From a virus (Duplodnaviria > Heunggongvirae > Uroviricota > Caudoviricetes): a DNA stretch of 7,825 bases. The stretch is taken from the IMG/VR virus record IMGVR_UViG_2681813268_000005, one strand, 5' to 3'. The notes below the pieces were generated by a model, which worked only from the letters and a program-made list of their open reading frames with translations, was not told the origin of the DNA and did not search any database. The stretch's first letter is position 1. Each line of letters starts with the position of its first letter. A program made the translations under genes and the position numbers. Shown here piece after piece: positions 6,106 through 7,825 of the stretch.

Positions 6106-6182
6106 CCGCCATTAGCTCATCAGGAAAGAGCGCCAGCCTTCGAAGCTGGCTGCGCGGGGTTCAAGTCCCCGATGGCGGTCCA
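6106..6182 (+). tRNA. argN: tRNA-Arg (anticodon UCG)
   Basis: Cloverleaf: acceptor CCGCCAT/ATGGCGG, anticodon stem CCAGC/GCTGG, loop CTTCGAA, T-arm CGGGG-TTCAAGT-CCCCG, encoded CCA. Gene name by analogy with the ileZ-argN-argO clusters of lambdoid/Stx phages. Confidence 0.85.
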
Positions 6183-6195
6183 TTATCTGCATCAT

Positions 6196-6272
6196 GCGTT
6201 GTTAGCTCAGCCGGACAGAGCAATTGCCTTCTAAGCAATCGGTCACTGGTTCGAATCCAGTACAACGCGCCA
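6196..6272 (+). tRNA. argO: tRNA-Arg (anticodon UCU; reads rare AGA/AGG)
   Basis: Cloverleaf: acceptor GCGTTGT/ACAACGC, anticodon stem ATTGC/GCAAT, loop CTTCTAA, T-arm ACTGG-TTCGAAT-CCAGT, encoded CCA. Confidence 0.85.
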
Positions 6273-6299
6273 CACTTATTTTCCCTGGCTCGCTTTTGA

Positions 6300-7319
6300 G
6301 AGTTAATCAACGCCGACTGCCTGGAATTTATCCGGTCGTTACCCGAAAATTCTGTTGACCTGATAGTCACGGACCCGCCGTACTTTAAAGTGAAGCCTGA
6401 GGGCTGGGATAACCAGTGGAAGGGCGACGATGATTACCTGAAGTGGCTGGACCAGTGTCTGGCGCAGTTCTGGCGGGTGCTGAAACCTGCCGGAAGTCTT
6501 TACCTGTTCTGTGGTCATCGCCTGGCATCTGATATCGAAATCATGATGCGTGAACGCTTCAGTGTGCTGAACCATATTATCTGGGCGAAGCCGTCCGGAC
6601 GCTGGAACGGATGCAACAAGGAAAGCCTGCGGGCGTATTTCCCCGCCACAGAGCGCATTCTGTTCGCGGAACATTATCAGGGGCCGTATCGTCCGAAAGA
6701 TGCCGGGTATGCGGCGAAGGGCAGTGCACTGAAACAGCATGTGATGGCCCCGCTGATTTCTTACTTTCGTGATGCGCGCGCGGCCCTGGGGATAACGGCA
6801 AAACAGATTGCAGATGCCACAGGAAAGAAAAACATGGTGTCGCACTGGTTCAGTGCCAGTCAGTGGCAGCTACCGAACGAAAGCGATTATCTGAAATTAC
6901 AGTCGCTGTTTGCCCGGGTGGCAGAAGAGAAACATCAGCGCGGTGAACTGGAAAAGCCCCACCACCAGCTGGTGGATACGTATACGTCACTGAACCGGCA
7001 GTATGTGGAGCTGCAGAGTGAATATAAGCATCTGCGGCGGTATTTTGGTGTGACGGCGCAGGTGCCGTACACGGATGTGTGGACACATAAACCGGTGCAG
7101 TTCTATCCCGGGAAACATCCGTGCGAAAAACCGGCAGAAATGCTGCAGCAGATAATCAGCGCAAGCAGTCGTCCGGGAGACCTGGTTGCAGATTTTTTTA
7201 TGGGCTCAGGTTCAACGGTAAAAGCGGCACTGGCGCTCGGGCGTCGTGCGATTGGCGTTGAACTGGAGACCGGACGTTTTGAGCAGACAGTCAGGGAAGT
7301 TCAGGATTTAATCGTTTGA
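6300..7319 (+). pseudogene. Second DNA methyltransferase copy, 5'-truncated (first ~10 codons and start codon missing), divergent 3' half
   Basis: Homology to the full gene begins at 6300 directly after an in-frame TGA (6297-6299); no ATG before the DPPY codons (6372-6383); first canonical start is GTG 6390, downstream of DPPY. The first ~480 nt are nearly identical to the full copy, the remainder diverges (e.g. DLVADFFMGSGST, different C-terminus). Confidence 0.6.
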
Positions 7320-7330
7320 AACGGATGAGA

Positions 7331-7359
7331 TTGCAGAATTAATTACGCACCATTATTAT
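7331..7359 (+). promoter_or_regulatory. Candidate sigma70 promoter of the second tRNA operon copy
   Basis: TTGCAG (7331-7336), 17-nt spacer, TATTAT (7354-7359), 9 nt before the tRNA. Confidence 0.5.
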
Positions 7360-7368
7360 TCTGCTCCC

Positions 7369-7444
7369 GGCCCTTTAGCTCAGTGGTGAGAGCGAGCGAC
7401 TCATAATCGCCAGGTCGCTGGTTCAAATCCAGCAAGGGCCACCA
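7369..7444 (+). tRNA. ileZ: tRNA-Ile2 (anticodon CAU), second copy
   Basis: Appears sequence-identical to 6023-6098. Confidence 0.9.
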
Positions 7445-7451
7445 TCACATA

Positions 7452-7528
7452 CCGCCATTAGCTCATCAGGAAAGAGCGCCAGCCTTCGAAGCTGGTTGCG
7501 CGGGGTTCAAGTCCCCGATGGCGGTCCA
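7452..7528 (+). tRNA. argN: tRNA-Arg (anticodon UCG), second copy
   Basis: Same cloverleaf as 6106-6182, with one substitution in the variable loop (TTGCG vs CTGCG). Confidence 0.85.
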
Positions 7529-7541
7529 TTATCTGCATCAT

Positions 7542-7618
7542 GCGTTGTTAGCTCAGCCGGACAGAGCAATTGCCTTCTAAGCAATCGGTCACTGGTTCGA
7601 ATCCAGTACAACGCGCCA
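7542..7618 (+). tRNA. argO: tRNA-Arg (anticodon UCU), second copy
   Basis: Appears sequence-identical to 6196-6272. Confidence 0.85.
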
Positions 7619-7632
7619 CACTTATTTTCCCT

Positions 7633-7658
7633 GGCTCGCTTTTGTGGGCCTTTTTTTT
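7633..7658 (+). terminator. Rho-independent terminator of the tRNA operon
   Basis: GGCTCGC (7633-7639), loop TTTT, GTGGGCC (7644-7650; 7-bp stem with two G-U pairs), then TTTTTTTT (7651-7658). The matching sequence after the first tRNA cluster is interrupted inside the loop at about 6296. Confidence 0.55.
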
Positions 7659-7825
7659 AAATGTCTCACAATTCAGGCGGTTGACTGTTGTCTGGTTTGC
7701 GGGGAGTTTGTTAAAAGAAACTGGCATGGTGAATCCCCCTGTGCGGAGGGGCAATCAGCGAGTAGGTATATGGGATAATCGCGGATTCAGGTGCTGGTAC
7801 TGAATTCACCGGGAGGCACCCGGCA

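Noticed and set aside
6161-6370. ORFs overlapping the tRNA genes (6161-6370 minus, 7548-7754 minus, 7570-7803 plus) and antisense ORF 6850-7086
   Set aside because: They run through well-folded tRNA genes and the tRNA terminator, or lie antisense to the methyltransferase; not credible coding regions.
1-7825. CRISPR arrays, IS elements or transposase genes, integrase or att sites, and stx toxin genes
   Set aside because: No short regularly spaced direct repeats, no terminal inverted repeats flanking a transposase-like ORF, no integrase-like ORF, and the sequence downstream of the tRNAs does not resemble an stxA start; the repeats present are long gene-scale duplications instead.

Overview
This window reads as the late-regulatory region of a lambdoid (Qin-like) E. 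coli-type prophage, all on the + strand: a hokD-like type I toxin gene with terminator, a small rem-position ORF, a DUF968 (YdfU-like) protein, RusA resolvase and a lambda-Q-family antiterminator (the last three with overlapping stop/start codons), then a lambda-like PR'/qut/tR' module, a 65-aa putative wHTH protein, a beta-class N6A/N4C DNA methyltransferase and an ileZ-argN-argO-type tRNA operon with its own promoter and terminator. The striking feature is that this late module is present as nested, imperfect, mosaic repeats. PR'/qut/tR' plus orf65 occurs twice. The methyltransferase 5' end occurs three times: a 38-codon stub fused out of frame to a divergent Q 3' fragment, a full gene, and a copy lacking its first ~10 codons and start codon, joined inside the loop of the upstream tRNA terminator. 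The tRNA cluster occurs twice. Identical cores flanked by roughly 90%-identical flanks and microhomology junctions suggest recombination between different lambdoid late-region alleles, or a chimeric assembly of paralogous prophages. I found no CRISPR array, IS element or stx gene. I did not see an obviously novel defence system; the best candidates for new biology are the orf65-methyltransferase pairing, the conserved 12-bp-stem hairpin with a degenerate PR'-like motif, and the rearranged architecture itself. All calls are by eye from the sequence and recalled family knowledge, with no database searches run.
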